Positions 8,075-18,289 of a stretch of 41,695 nucleotides of DNA are shown here, in pieces. Numbering within the stretch: position 1 is the first letter of the stretch; each line of letters opens with the position of its first letter. Position numbers and translations under genes: made by a program. This DNA is from Candidatus Wunengus sp. YC64 (GTDB lineage: Bacteria > Planctomycetota > Brocadiia > Brocadiales > Brocadiaceae): positions 1 through 41,695 of the forward strand of contig DBJWYX010000001.1 in NCBI GenBank assembly GCA_052360825.1. The letters are read 5' to 3'. The notes under the pieces were generated by a model, which was not told where the DNA came from, did no database searches, and saw only the letters and a program-made list of their open reading frames with translations.

Positions 8075-10923
8075 AAGTTTCTCTCTTTTAAATTCGAGTT
8101 ATCCGGACCACTTTCGTTCCAAAGTAAACGTCTCGGTTCAGGCATTTTTGTTGGAACAAAATGTTTCCATCTCTGTATGTATAACTCAATGTCTTGTGTA
8201 CTGTTGTTGAGATTAGATTTCTTCTGATTATCCATAACGTTGTTATGAACAACAAAACACCCAGGCAATGGAATCAGTTGGTTGCATTTCTCATAGAATT
8301 TCAAACACAGATCAGCATCTGCGCAGTAAAATTTATAGTTTTCGTCAAAACCGTTTACCTCCCTAAAGCAATCAAGTCTTACCAGACCATAATTCATCAG
8401 GAGTTTTTGTCCATAGGTAAAATCGATACCAAATCTATCCCAACATGGTTCAGCAATCACATTTTTATAAAAGAAAACCCCACCTGCAACATCCGGGTTT
8501 TGTTTATCCAATAATTCAACAGCTTTAGAAATACATCCTACATTAAAAATAATATCATCGCTTGCATACATTGCCCATTTGCCCAGAGCCTTGGAAAAAC
8601 CAAAATTGTATAATTGTGGCCATGAATGTTTACCTTCACCAAAATATTCTAATTCGTTATAAATCTGGTTTATTCCATGCTTACGAAGGATTTCCAAAGT
8701 GTTATCAGAAGATCCACCCTCAACAACAATTACTTCGTAGATTACACCTTGTGCGGAGGTTTTTAGACTTGTAAGCATTTCATCAAGAAGTTGAGCGCGA
8801 TTTTTTGTTGCAACGACGATACTAACGTCAGTTTTAACAGAAGATTCATTTGCTATGGCAGTGGAGTATGATGTCCGATTACGATTTATGCATGCAATAT
8901 TTTCAAGTGCAATTTCATTTGTACTATCTATATTCAATACCCTTTCCAAAAGGTTTCTGGCTGGAATAAAATTCTTTTCGATAATTTCGATAACGGCAAG
9001 GTTATTTAACGCGTCAACATGTTTATTGTCAATTTCAAGAACCTTCTTTAATATCTCACGTGCTTCTGAATACTGCTTTTGTTCAATTATTTTTTCTGCC
9101 CCTATAACGGATTTGTATAAAATAAGCTTTTTTTCTAATAACTGAATGTTTTTTAGTGCAGTATCATTAGCAGTGTCGTGTTCTAATACTCTTTGTAATA
9201 GTTCTGCTGCCTTTTCCCAGTTCTTTTCAAATATTTCAATCTCTGCAAGATTATTCAGTGCATTCGTGTTGGCTGGCCATTTATTTAAGAGATTATTAAG
9301 GATCTTTCTTGCCTCACTTCTCTTACCTTCTTGAGATTTTAAATTTGCACAAAGATTAAGCAGGTCGGGTGAGTTTAAATATTCATCAATGAATTCAGGT
9401 GCGGCCTGAGTGACTATTTGTAATGCCTCTTTTGTCAAGGCGTAATTACCTAACTTTTCTGCCGATTGGGCAAGATACCAAAATACACGCCAATGATTAC
9501 ATCCGAATTTTGTTGCCGATGCAAGTTCAGTGACTGCTTCCGCATGATTTCCTTTCTGCTGTAAGATCAAGCCTGACCATAGTCTGAGAAAGCCGTCATT
9601 CTGGTAAACATTTTTATAATTAAGAATTCCTCCTGCCCCTTCACCACTGAGTAAAGGATGTGATGAGGCAATGCTCTTTTCGGCTTTGAATAGTTCATGA
9701 ATATTTTGTGAATGCATGCTTGTGGTAAAATCCTGTGCATAATTGCCGAGTGCTTCGATAAACTTATCTGCTCCGGAAATGGACTTTTGATTTTCGTTTA
9801 TGTTATTTATATGAATAACTTGATTCTGTAACATTAAATCTCCATTACTATTCCACTTCCTTTTCTTCTTAGGGAGCCGCATCATCTTTTCATAAACGCA
9901 ATTAAGTTTTTTTGCAGCATTTTCAGCGCCAAAGATTTGTTTTGCATATTCCAGGGCATTTCGTCCTAACCGTGTGCGTTCTTCAGGATGATGAAACAAA
10001 TATTCTATTGCCTCCTTATATTCCGATTCGCTGTGAATTACCAAACCTGTTTCTTCGTGTTTAACAAGTTGTTTTATTCCTCCATAGGGAAATACTACCG
10101 GTGGTATACCTGCATACATAACTTCCTGCAAAGTCAGCTCCGCGGCAGCATAAGTACCTTCACACAAGGGATAACCGTAAATGTCTAATATTTCTATAAC
10201 CGATTTTATACTATTTATATATCCTCGAAAATCAAATCGCTCTTCTACACCAAGATTCATAGCTTGATTTCTTAATTGATCCTGGATACCACCACCACAA
10301 ACGATGAACTTCACATCGGGAACATCGACTGAAGCGCTCATCCGGATGTAATTTTTGTGCATTTTAACGAAATCTACGGTACCGATATAACCAACATTAA
10401 AGTGGTTGTGCGGACGTAATTTTATTCCTTTTAGACGTTCAAAATCGGCAGCGTCATAAACCATCTCTACACAGTGTTGTTTTTTCTCATGAGGTATATC
10501 CCTGAAAATGGGTAATTCATTATAGGTAAATGGATTACAGGGAATATTCATATCTGCAAAGTTAACGAGTTGGGGGGTTATAATTTGTGGGGGGCCATTA
10601 CCTGCGACATGATACCATATCATGAGACGCATTGGAGGTAATTCAGAACGCAACAGTTCATAAATTTCCGGATTATTCCACCAGTTAAAGTGTACGATGT
10701 CTGCCTTTTCTATTTCATTAAAAAGTGTATGCTTGTCAGGGGCACTGAGCATAGACATCCCGGCTTCTTTTGCCAGTTCAATAGCATCAGGCTGTGCCGG
10801 AAGCAAGGAGACGACACTATGTCTGAAATTTCCAAATCGCGATGAGTATTTTGATGTGGCAATCATTGAGCGCGCAGCGCCGCCAAGGCTAAGGCATTGT
10901 ATTATATGTAAAATATTTGACAT
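8056..10923 (-). CDS. 955-aa GT4 (GT-B) - TPR - GT2 (GT-A) fusion glycosyltransferase
   Basis: The N-terminus reads ILHIIQCLSLGGAARSM...EGTYAAAELTLQEVMYAGIPPVV (GT-B EX7E-like region). TPR repeats cover aa 445-680 and include an internal 61-aa duplication. The C-terminal GT2 reads DVSIVVATKNRAQLL...VVEGGSSDNT (aa 698-955). Confidence 0.8.
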   Translation of the reverse strand: MSNILHIIQCLSLGGAARSMIATSKYSSRFGNFRHSVVSLLPAQPDAIELAKEAGMSMLSAPDKHTLFNEIEKADIVHFNWWNNPEIYELLRSELPPMRLMIWYHVAGNGPPQIITPQLVNFADMNIPCNPFTYNELPIFRDIPHEKKQHCVEMVYDAADFERLKGIKLRPHNHFNVGYIGTVDFVKMHKNYIRMSASVDVPDVKFIVCGGGIQDQLRNQAMNLGVEERFDFRGYINSIKSVIEILDIYGYPLCEGTYAAAELTLQEVMYAGIPPVVFPYGGIKQLVKHEETGLVIHSESEYKEAIEYLFHHPEERTRLGRNALEYAKQIFGAENAAKKLNCVYEKMMRLPKKKRKWNSNGDLMLQNQVIHINNINENQKSISGADKFIEALGNYAQDFTTSMHSQNIHELFKAEKSIASSHPLLSGEGAGGILNYKNVYQNDGFLRLWSGLILQQKGNHAEAVTELASATKFGCNHWRVFWYLAQSAEKLGNYALTKEALQIVTQAAPEFIDEYLNSPDLLNLCANLKSQEGKRSEARKILNNLLNKWPANTNALNNLAEIEIFEKNWEKAAELLQRVLEHDTANDTALKNIQLLEKKLILYKSVIGAEKIIEQKQYSEAREILKKVLEIDNKHVDALNNLAVIEIIEKNFIPARNLLERVLNIDSTNEIALENIACINRNRTSYSTAIANESSVKTDVSIVVATKNRAQLLDEMLTSLKTSAQGVIYEVIVVEGGSSDNTLEILRKHGINQIYNELEYFGEGKHSWPQLYNFGFSKALGKWAMYASDDIIFNVGCISKAVELLDKQNPDVAGGVFFYKNVIAEPCWDRFGIDFTYGQKLLMNYGLVRLDCFREVNGFDENYKFYCADADLCLKFYEKCNQLIPLPGCFVVHNNVMDNQKKSNLNNSTQDIELYIQRWKHFVPTKMPEPRRLLWNESGPDNSNLKERNFCLSII

Positions 10924-10964
10924 GTACGTATTCTCGTTAGAGTCCTTATTTAAAATTTTATAAG

Positions 10965-13900
10965 TTATCCTACTTCAGTGCTTATAGGTTTTCGGTAAAC
11001 CCTTATCGTTGAAAAAACACCAGGAATAATTGGCAAATGAGCTTGCGTTTGCGTTGGGTCTGTAGGATAAAGCAATGGAATATGTATTACCTCACAATGA
11101 TAGGTATTTTCCATCAACTCCTGGCATGCTTGACGTATACCAGGTTCTTTCCTCCCGTGATGAAAAAGGATTGCTTCTCTATTGTTATTATCAAGGGGAG
11201 GAAGATAATCGTGAAAAATCATCATCCCGCCAGGGGCTAGGAGTGGAAAATAACAAAGTATATCCTGTTTTACTCCCTCATAGGTATGATCACCGTCAAT
11301 AAAGATCATTTTGGCATAATTACCATTTTTTTTAAATAATTGCTGTAAAGATGGAGCCGCTTGTTGAGATGCTGTAGATAAATGAACTACTTCTCCACCA
11401 ATTACTTTCAAAACATCATTCAGTTGAGCCTGTCCGCCTGGCTCAATTGCAAATCCTTGTAATAACGGTGTAATTTTTTTTAGTGCCATATAAATCAGAA
11501 AGAGTGAAGCTCCTGCGTAGGAACCCACCTCAACAAAACGCAAAGGAGATGATTTGTGGGGTAAATAATTTCTTATAGCATAATATAATTGAAAACGTTC
11601 ATTAATAGACATCTGGCTTACTAATCCCTTCGGGGCAGGATCATCATTATGAAATTCATCAATAATCTTTGACGCCACTACCGTGTTAACAGGAAATTTG
11701 TCAGGCTTTTGAAACCAGACACCAGTTCCATCTATTTTACTGAGATCGAACTTTACATTCCGAATTGTTTCATATTCATGAATAGCTTTTTTACAACCTT
11801 CCCAATATCCATAATCATCTATTTGTATCAGGCCATAATTAACAACACGATCGTATAAATTGTGTAAAATTACTTTTGTTGATTCATACCAATCGCCGTC
11901 CATATGCAAGAACGCAATCATACCGGCAGTATCACGCATTTTGGGTAATGTGTCGCGAAAATCACCCTTGACCGTCTTTAAAATATCTGAAACCCCCAAT
12001 TTTGCACAAATGTTTTTGACGCTATCTTCTGGAGCAGCACAGGTTCCTGCTCCCCACCCAGTTGTATTAGCCGCTTGTCCGTTATGCTGATCGTACTCAG
12101 TAGGAAATGGCATACCATCGAAACAATCGAAGGCATATAACCAGCGAGGTTGTTTGCTGTATTTTTTTATGACATACGCAAGTAATGCTGCGGAGCCTCC
12201 TGCTGCTACACCACATTCAACGAAGTTTCCGGGTATATTTTGTTCACACACCCTCTTTGTTAGAGAAAAGAGCGAGAACAATCGTTCCTCACTTAACATC
12301 GTATAAGGGCGAATAACCTGAAGTAATGTGCTGAATTCATTATCAATACACGGCATAGTGGTTGTGTGAGGGTATTGATGAACAATTTGCGTCAGAAGAT
12401 TATTTGCCTCTGAGTTGTTGGGAAAATAGCGAAGTTCTTCCTGTAATGACTCTCTTGCAGAATGATGTTGGCCCAGTTTTATGAAGCACGCTGCCCTAAG
12501 GTAATCAATTCCCTGGGTTGGTAATTTTAATGATTTTGCTCGATTAAGAAATTCAAACGCAGTTTCAAAATGTCCTGTTTTTATTTCTTTTACAGCGTTT
12601 TGAATGCAGGCGGTGATGTCATTTCTATTTACGGTATCTTTCATTGTATGATGCTGATTACTGACTGAATTTGAAGAAATATATTTGCGTATAATTTTAT
12701 CCAGTTCCTTTGCCCTGTTTTGGATAGAATATTCTTTTAAACAACGTTCCTGTCCTTTCCGTGCAATTTCTTCACGTTTTTCTGGATGAGCAAGATAATA
12801 TAAAATCTTATCAATGAGTTCTTTTTCATCTTTAAAAGTTTCTATTTCTATTCCGGGTTCAAAAAATTGTTTCAGGTTTTCATGATACTCTGTCAAAAGG
12901 AACGTGCCGCTGCCGGTAACTTCAAAGATACGCATATTGGCGGTTTCTTTGTTGGCCAGATCCGTTGTTGTCCGAAGTGCAGAATTTTGTATTTGCAAAA
13001 TACCTCTTGCATCCAGTGCTATTTTACCGGTGTGAAGGGCACGATGCATTGCAATACCAAATTGTCCTTCACGATGGTATTGCGCCACCTCCGGAGGGAT
13101 ACTATCTGTTTGACCACTCAGATAAAAAGCACAGGAAAATTCCTTTCCAGGCTGGGAAGCGGCCCTGGCAACTGTTTGCAGGTATTTGTTACGACGGGGA
13201 TGCTGTGTTAATGTCCATTGACCGGAGAATACAACATCATATTGAGGTGTTACCTCGTTAATGATTTCGTTTATCCATGTTGGAAATCCGGGGAAAAAGT
13301 GTTCTGTTGACCTTGCGCCGAGTTTAAGCGCCATACTTCGTAAAGCAGAAAGATTGGATAGTATCACGTCAAATTCGGACCAATCAGTGCCTTCTGGTAT
13401 GTTTGCAGCACGCCATCCTAAAACCAGCTTTGGTTTCCATGATAACGAATTTATAAAACGGCTATCAAACGTTATGGGATCGGTAAGGTACAAAATGTCC
13501 GGTTTTAACGTGTTGATCTGGTTTCGTGTTATTTCTCGTGTCCAATCATGGGTCTTATCGATTGACATATTATTTTCACGCAACCACTGCTCCTGAGCAT
13601 GTTGATTATTGGCAATAATCAGTTGAGAATCATAGCCAAATTCACCCATATAAGGAGCAACCATATGAATTGCGCTGAAACCGTCATAGACTAAATAATT
13701 AATTTGCTCTTTAAATGAAGTGTGAGCAAGGCCAGGATGTATATTGTATAGATTTACCAGATAATTTTGGTAGAAGGTATGTACCTGTAAAAACTTTAAT
13801 GACGCAGTCTCTGGCTTTTTGAAAAAGTTAGCTGATAATGTTTTACTTTTTAAAGTAGGAAATAAATGGTTTTGTTTGTCGATACGGGTGTCCTCTTTAA

Positions 13901-15176
13901 TTTCTGAGATTACTTTAAATATTTCCTCGTCCTTTGGGAAATGTACTGTGAGTGTATCGCAAACTTTATTTGCTTCGCTTGTGCTTCCAAGTTTTGCTAA
14001 TATCTTAGCAAGGTTTATCCCAGCACATTTATCGTTATTATCGAGTGCATATGCTGTTTCAAACTGCTTTTTTGCCTCCAATAGCTTACCACATCGGTAG
14101 TTTATAACGCCGAGCAAGTTAGATACATCAGAACTCTTTCCATATTGGGTAATCAAAAGATTGCATAACTGTTCAGCCTCATCATGATAATTTGCCTTTA
14201 TAAGTTTTTCTGCAAAAGGTAAAAGAGTATCTATATCTTTATGTGGTTGGTTTACTAAGGCATAAATTTCAGAAAGCAACGCGGCTTTTTTACCATTGCC
14301 TTCTGCGATAGAGGATGTTTCTTCTGAAACACTCGGCTTTATTAATGACTTTTTGTTATGACTTGCAGAAAGCCTTCTCACTTCATATTCAAACTTTTCC
14401 GTCCAGAGGAACATGGTATTTACCAAAGGAGCCTTCAAATAAATCAAAGCGGAGAATGCCTTCTCGCGCTTTGTCTCAGGATTGCAATGCATGTCCATAA
14501 GGACATTACATTGCAATGCCTCAAATTCATCCGGTGTGTATTCTGTAAAAATCAGGCGGTTGTTAACTGCTTCCACCCACCACCTATGGTTAGACGTCTT
14601 TGCACTATTCAGAAATATGTCTTTCACCTTTGCAGGTGTTTCAAGGTATCCTCTCTTGGCAATCCTCATAAGTTCCCTGCAAGCTATTTCGGGATTATGA
14701 ACGTGTTCCAGTACATGAGAACAATAAACAAAATCAAACTCCTTATCCGGAAAAGGCATATCTTCCACATTGCATTCGTAAACCGGCTTGCCATGGATGT
14801 GCTTAAAAGGCTTTCCGGCCCTTCCATAGGTGTTGTTGTTAAAAGTAACATCCGATAAGTGAGTAGCAAGAGGAAATGGAAGATGTCCACTGCCAATATC
14901 CAGCACTTTATCTGTGGGTATAATGCCAAAGTTGTAATGGCGTGCCTGATAAAGATTATAACGATCTTTATGTGGCAAAAGTTGATAACAATCATATAGC
15001 TCCGCTAATACATCAATTGCCTGGACAGGATAGGCGATAAGCAATTGCTCGTAGATATCGATAGCCTCAAGAAAATTACCACTTTGGAATTTCTCTCTGG
15101 CAACTATTACATCCTGTTGTAAGTCACACAAATCTATTTTGAATTTTACACGTTTGCCGTATTTAACAGTATTCAT
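10965..15176 (-). CDS. 1403-aa fusion: class I methyltransferase - TPR - CgeB-like GT-B glycosyltransferase - TPR - TylF-type O-methyltransferase - second class I (Methyltransf_24-like) methyltransferase
   Basis: First methyltransferase: VLDIGSGHLPFP...FDFVYCSHVLEHVHNPE...AKRGYLETP (aa 85-215). Glycosyltransferase tail: MRIFEVTGSGTFLLTEYHENLKQFFEPGIEIETF (aa 460-830). TylF-like domain: NFVECGVAAGGSAALL...LHMDGDWYESTK...IQIDDYGYWEG (aa 945-1158). Third methyltransferase: RFVEVGSYAGASL...IFIDGDHTYEGV...GGMMIFHDY (aa 1190-1390). Confidence 0.8.
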   Translation of the reverse strand: MNTVKYGKRVKFKIDLCDLQQDVIVAREKFQSGNFLEAIDIYEQLLIAYPVQAIDVLAELYDCYQLLPHKDRYNLYQARHYNFGIIPTDKVLDIGSGHLPFPLATHLSDVTFNNNTYGRAGKPFKHIHGKPVYECNVEDMPFPDKEFDFVYCSHVLEHVHNPEIACRELMRIAKRGYLETPAKVKDIFLNSAKTSNHRWWVEAVNNRLIFTEYTPDEFEALQCNVLMDMHCNPETKREKAFSALIYLKAPLVNTMFLWTEKFEYEVRRLSASHNKKSLIKPSVSEETSSIAEGNGKKAALLSEIYALVNQPHKDIDTLLPFAEKLIKANYHDEAEQLCNLLITQYGKSSDVSNLLGVINYRCGKLLEAKKQFETAYALDNNDKCAGINLAKILAKLGSTSEANKVCDTLTVHFPKDEEIFKVISEIKEDTRIDKQNHLFPTLKSKTLSANFFKKPETASLKFLQVHTFYQNYLVNLYNIHPGLAHTSFKEQINYLVYDGFSAIHMVAPYMGEFGYDSQLIIANNQHAQEQWLRENNMSIDKTHDWTREITRNQINTLKPDILYLTDPITFDSRFINSLSWKPKLVLGWRAANIPEGTDWSEFDVILSNLSALRSMALKLGARSTEHFFPGFPTWINEIINEVTPQYDVVFSGQWTLTQHPRRNKYLQTVARAASQPGKEFSCAFYLSGQTDSIPPEVAQYHREGQFGIAMHRALHTGKIALDARGILQIQNSALRTTTDLANKETANMRIFEVTGSGTFLLTEYHENLKQFFEPGIEIETFKDEKELIDKILYYLAHPEKREEIARKGQERCLKEYSIQNRAKELDKIIRKYISSNSVSNQHHTMKDTVNRNDITACIQNAVKEIKTGHFETAFEFLNRAKSLKLPTQGIDYLRAACFIKLGQHHSARESLQEELRYFPNNSEANNLLTQIVHQYPHTTTMPCIDNEFSTLLQVIRPYTMLSEERLFSLFSLTKRVCEQNIPGNFVECGVAAGGSAALLAYVIKKYSKQPRWLYAFDCFDGMPFPTEYDQHNGQAANTTGWGAGTCAAPEDSVKNICAKLGVSDILKTVKGDFRDTLPKMRDTAGMIAFLHMDGDWYESTKVILHNLYDRVVNYGLIQIDDYGYWEGCKKAIHEYETIRNVKFDLSKIDGTGVWFQKPDKFPVNTVVASKIIDEFHNDDPAPKGLVSQMSINERFQLYYAIRNYLPHKSSPLRFVEVGSYAGASLFLIYMALKKITPLLQGFAIEPGGQAQLNDVLKVIGGEVVHLSTASQQAAPSLQQLFKKNGNYAKMIFIDGDHTYEGVKQDILCYFPLLAPGGMMIFHDYLPPLDNNNREAILFHHGRKEPGIRQACQELMENTYHCEVIHIPLLYPTDPTQTQAHLPIIPGVFSTIRVYRKPISTEVG

Positions 15177-15197
15177 GTGAAATATTTCTTCCTTCCA

Positions 15198-18100
15198 TTA
15201 GCCCAGATACCTCAGTTTGTCATTGGTAAACATGCGTTGTAGCAAGGAGTCCGCAAAGAATTTGACACCCCAGTCAGGTATTTTATAAGCGCAATAACCA
15301 CCGCCAATCGGGTAAGACCCCGGCAATCCGCCATAAACGTTTTTATCAGAAACACCATCCAGTAGATGTAATTGTTTTATATCATCTAAAAGAAAATCTG
15401 CAACAGGTACTAGCTGAGGGTTATTGGTATATCCCGCTAGTTTTCGCAAAAAATACTCAATCTGTGCATTTCCTGTTACGCACGACCAATGGTCATTACT
15501 ATGCCAATTACAGTCAAAAGTGCCTGGAAGAGTTACATAATTACTACCTTTGTCCATCGCTTTTGCCTTCATATAGAAATCAGCGATGCCTTTGGCGGCA
15601 TTTTGTAAAACGGTTAGCACTTTCCGACGATCAAAATGAGCATTGTCAAGTAAGTAAATTTCCATAAGGCCCACCAATACATAACCAATAAGATGAGTCC
15701 ACGGTTTGTTAGGATCTGATAAGCTGTTGTTTGAAAACCATCCATTTGAGTTTGCCTGTGACAGTGTCCAATCAATTGCGCGTTCTGCAATCTCGCGGTA
15801 TTTTTCATTGCCGTTTATTGTATATAATTCGAGTAAAGCCCATGCAACTCTGCTTTTATAGGCTTTAGGCCCATTGTAAGTGTTTCTTGTCCACATTCCA
15901 TTAGCGTCTTGGATATCGGCAATCCAATCGGCAGCACGATTGGCAGCCTCAAGATATTTCCCTTTTCCTGTTTCTTTGTAAAGCGCTATCCAGCCAATAA
16001 TAACCTGGCTGGTATTAAAAACTCTGGGCCTCTGTCCATAAACGCCAACCGGTTCACCTGCACCACCTTCCGGTGATTGAATCTCTACTTCCCAATCACC
16101 CATCTCAATCGCCCACGTAAGATATAATTCTATTCCTGAGAGCCTGTAGTAACATAAAAAAGTAGGGATTATATAACCGGTAGTTTCCGGATAATCAACA
16201 TCCCACTTTCTTGAATCTAAATGGTACATTGCGGATACTCCGCCACCACAGTTAACATCCTGTGCAACTCTTAACCATTTGATACATGCATCAAGATGGT
16301 CTCTGTCAGGCAAAATAGGGTTTTTCCTTGTGTTATATCTGTCCAGCTCATGCCTTATCCTCGACATTTCGTTTGTGTCACGTTTTATGTTTTTTAACTT
16401 ATTATGAGTTTCAGTCAATAGTTTTTTGATTTCTAAATCGTCAGGAATACAGTTCAAATATGTAGTATAAAGGGTTGTCAAATCCTCATAACGATCTAAT
16501 GAATGTAATATCTTTCCGCACTTAACAACGGTTATACGATCGTCTGGCGTTAACTCGAGCACTTTTAATAAATATTGCCAGGCCTTTTCAGTTTTTCCTG
16601 CTTCCCAAAAGTTAAATCCAAGATTCCGAAAAATATCAATATCATTCCGTGGTCTTCCTGTAGGATTTCGCTGAATCGAAGATTTTATTATTTGTAATGT
16701 CTTGTTGACATCATTATTGAAATCATGCACAATATTCCCATTTTTAATCGCTTCCAAAAAGAACATCTGCTCAGGTCTGTTATCAATCTTGTCAATTTCA
16801 GGCATTCTGCTTTCACCATATTTCTTTTCCTCTACAAGAGAAAAACCAGCCTCCTCAAAAAGGACTTTGAGGCTTTCAAAGTCATAAACGTATTTACAGT
16901 GTTTTCCACCAGCCTGGAAACCATAAAAGAATTCGTTAAATTTGTCTGCGATTGTCTTGCCCGGAAAACGCTCACGCCCATCTTTCAGTTTCTGGAAATA
17001 AAATTCGCAGTCATTGTTCAGATATTTTTCTGAAAGAATGCGTAAGTCCTGCGTACCAAAACGAGCAATACCGCCTTGCTTTAATACACGAAAAACATCT
17101 TTAATAATTTCAATCGCACGCTGTCTTGAAAAATAATTAATTGCGGACATACAAACGACGGCAACCACGCTTTCATCAGGAAAAGGCAACAGCTCCCTTT
17201 CGAGATCCAATACCATATCCGCATTTGGGGAAACATCTATGTTAATAAATCCATCCAACTTAATGGGGCCGCAGCATAAATTTATTTTTGCCTCAGTTTT
17301 TGCAGTTTTTGTCTTGATATCTTTTGCCGGAATGCGTTGTTGCTTGCTATGGGTATGTCTTTGTTCGAGAAAGTATGACAAACAATTATTCAGACAAAAT
17401 TCCGGCGCATTACCTGTTAAAATATTCCATCGGAACTTTCTATATTCAGGATTATTCCAAATATCGAGAACATCCATTTCAAAAATATTTCCGAAACAGG
17501 TGGCTTTGTTGAAATCATGGCAGCATATTATCACTGAACCATCAAGTAAAATGGTAAAAACATTTTGAGGATTTGGGCATTCACGTATGGCTAATCTGAG
17601 CGATCCTATGTCATTGTAATATTTACGTTGTAATTCAGGATGATCAGAATAGGAAAATTGTGCTTCATTTGTGCGAATATATGGCGCTTTAAAGGTCGCA
17701 TGAAGTCCTAATGATTTACAATATTTCCGGAATGACTCCATTTCATGTTGATTATGTTTGAATACAACGAACTGAGGGTATATGTGAACCTTGTTGCCGT
17801 GTTTCATGTTAAAATGGTGTAAAATTTCTAAAGACGACATGGCCTTTTTAACATTACCGCCTTTCCGGTATTTCTCGTAAACTTCCTGGGTAACTCCATC
17901 TATTGAAACAATAATATCTGCAACGCCGGACGTTATTAATTCCTCAGTCTTTTCCGGGGTAAGGGAGATGCCATTGGTGCTGATATTCGTTTTGCAAAAT
18001 TCTGAAGCATATTGTGTCATAGAAATAATATCTTTATTCAGCATGGGCTCACCCCATAAATGAAGATAAAGATATTTGGCATGAGGACGGATTCTATCCG

Positions 18101-18272
18101 CAATAATTTTGAAGTGTTCAAAGCTCATAAACCCTTTTTTGCGTAGTACCGAGTCCCCACCAAGAGCACACTCCGGGCATTTCAGATCACATGCAAGCGC
18201 AGTTTCAATACTAAAGGTCTCTGGCAGCATTTTGTTAAATTCTTCCGTGGTTATTGATTGTTTATTTATCAT
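15198..18272 (-). CDS. 1024-aa fusion: radical SAM with SPASM/twitch-like Cys cluster - class I methyltransferase - TPR-like linker - (alpha/alpha) toroid domain (terpene-cyclase/prenyltransferase/LanC/AGE-like fold)
   Basis: CX3CX2C at C28/C32/C35 (ALACDLKCPEC). Cys-rich region ECPNP...IICCHD...ATCFG...EFCLNNC at aa 231-297. Methyltransferase signature INLCCGPIKLDGFINID...VLKQGGIARF at aa 328-510. The C-terminal region (aa 655-1015) has repeated aromatic/Gly hairpin motifs: YPETTGYIIPTF, QVIIGWIALYKETG, SRVAWALLELY, WTHLIGYVLVGL. Confidence 0.8.
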   Translation of the reverse strand: MINKQSITTEEFNKMLPETFSIETALACDLKCPECALGGDSVLRKKGFMSFEHFKIIADRIRPHAKYLYLHLWGEPMLNKDIISMTQYASEFCKTNISTNGISLTPEKTEELITSGVADIIVSIDGVTQEVYEKYRKGGNVKKAMSSLEILHHFNMKHGNKVHIYPQFVVFKHNQHEMESFRKYCKSLGLHATFKAPYIRTNEAQFSYSDHPELQRKYYNDIGSLRLAIRECPNPQNVFTILLDGSVIICCHDFNKATCFGNIFEMDVLDIWNNPEYRKFRWNILTGNAPEFCLNNCLSYFLEQRHTHSKQQRIPAKDIKTKTAKTEAKINLCCGPIKLDGFINIDVSPNADMVLDLERELLPFPDESVVAVVCMSAINYFSRQRAIEIIKDVFRVLKQGGIARFGTQDLRILSEKYLNNDCEFYFQKLKDGRERFPGKTIADKFNEFFYGFQAGGKHCKYVYDFESLKVLFEEAGFSLVEEKKYGESRMPEIDKIDNRPEQMFFLEAIKNGNIVHDFNNDVNKTLQIIKSSIQRNPTGRPRNDIDIFRNLGFNFWEAGKTEKAWQYLLKVLELTPDDRITVVKCGKILHSLDRYEDLTTLYTTYLNCIPDDLEIKKLLTETHNKLKNIKRDTNEMSRIRHELDRYNTRKNPILPDRDHLDACIKWLRVAQDVNCGGGVSAMYHLDSRKWDVDYPETTGYIIPTFLCYYRLSGIELYLTWAIEMGDWEVEIQSPEGGAGEPVGVYGQRPRVFNTSQVIIGWIALYKETGKGKYLEAANRAADWIADIQDANGMWTRNTYNGPKAYKSRVAWALLELYTINGNEKYREIAERAIDWTLSQANSNGWFSNNSLSDPNKPWTHLIGYVLVGLMEIYLLDNAHFDRRKVLTVLQNAAKGIADFYMKAKAMDKGSNYVTLPGTFDCNWHSNDHWSCVTGNAQIEYFLRKLAGYTNNPQLVPVADFLLDDIKQLHLLDGVSDKNVYGGLPGSYPIGGGYCAYKIPDWGVKFFADSLLQRMFTNDKLRYLG

Positions 18273-18289
18273 ATGATCGGATATACACT

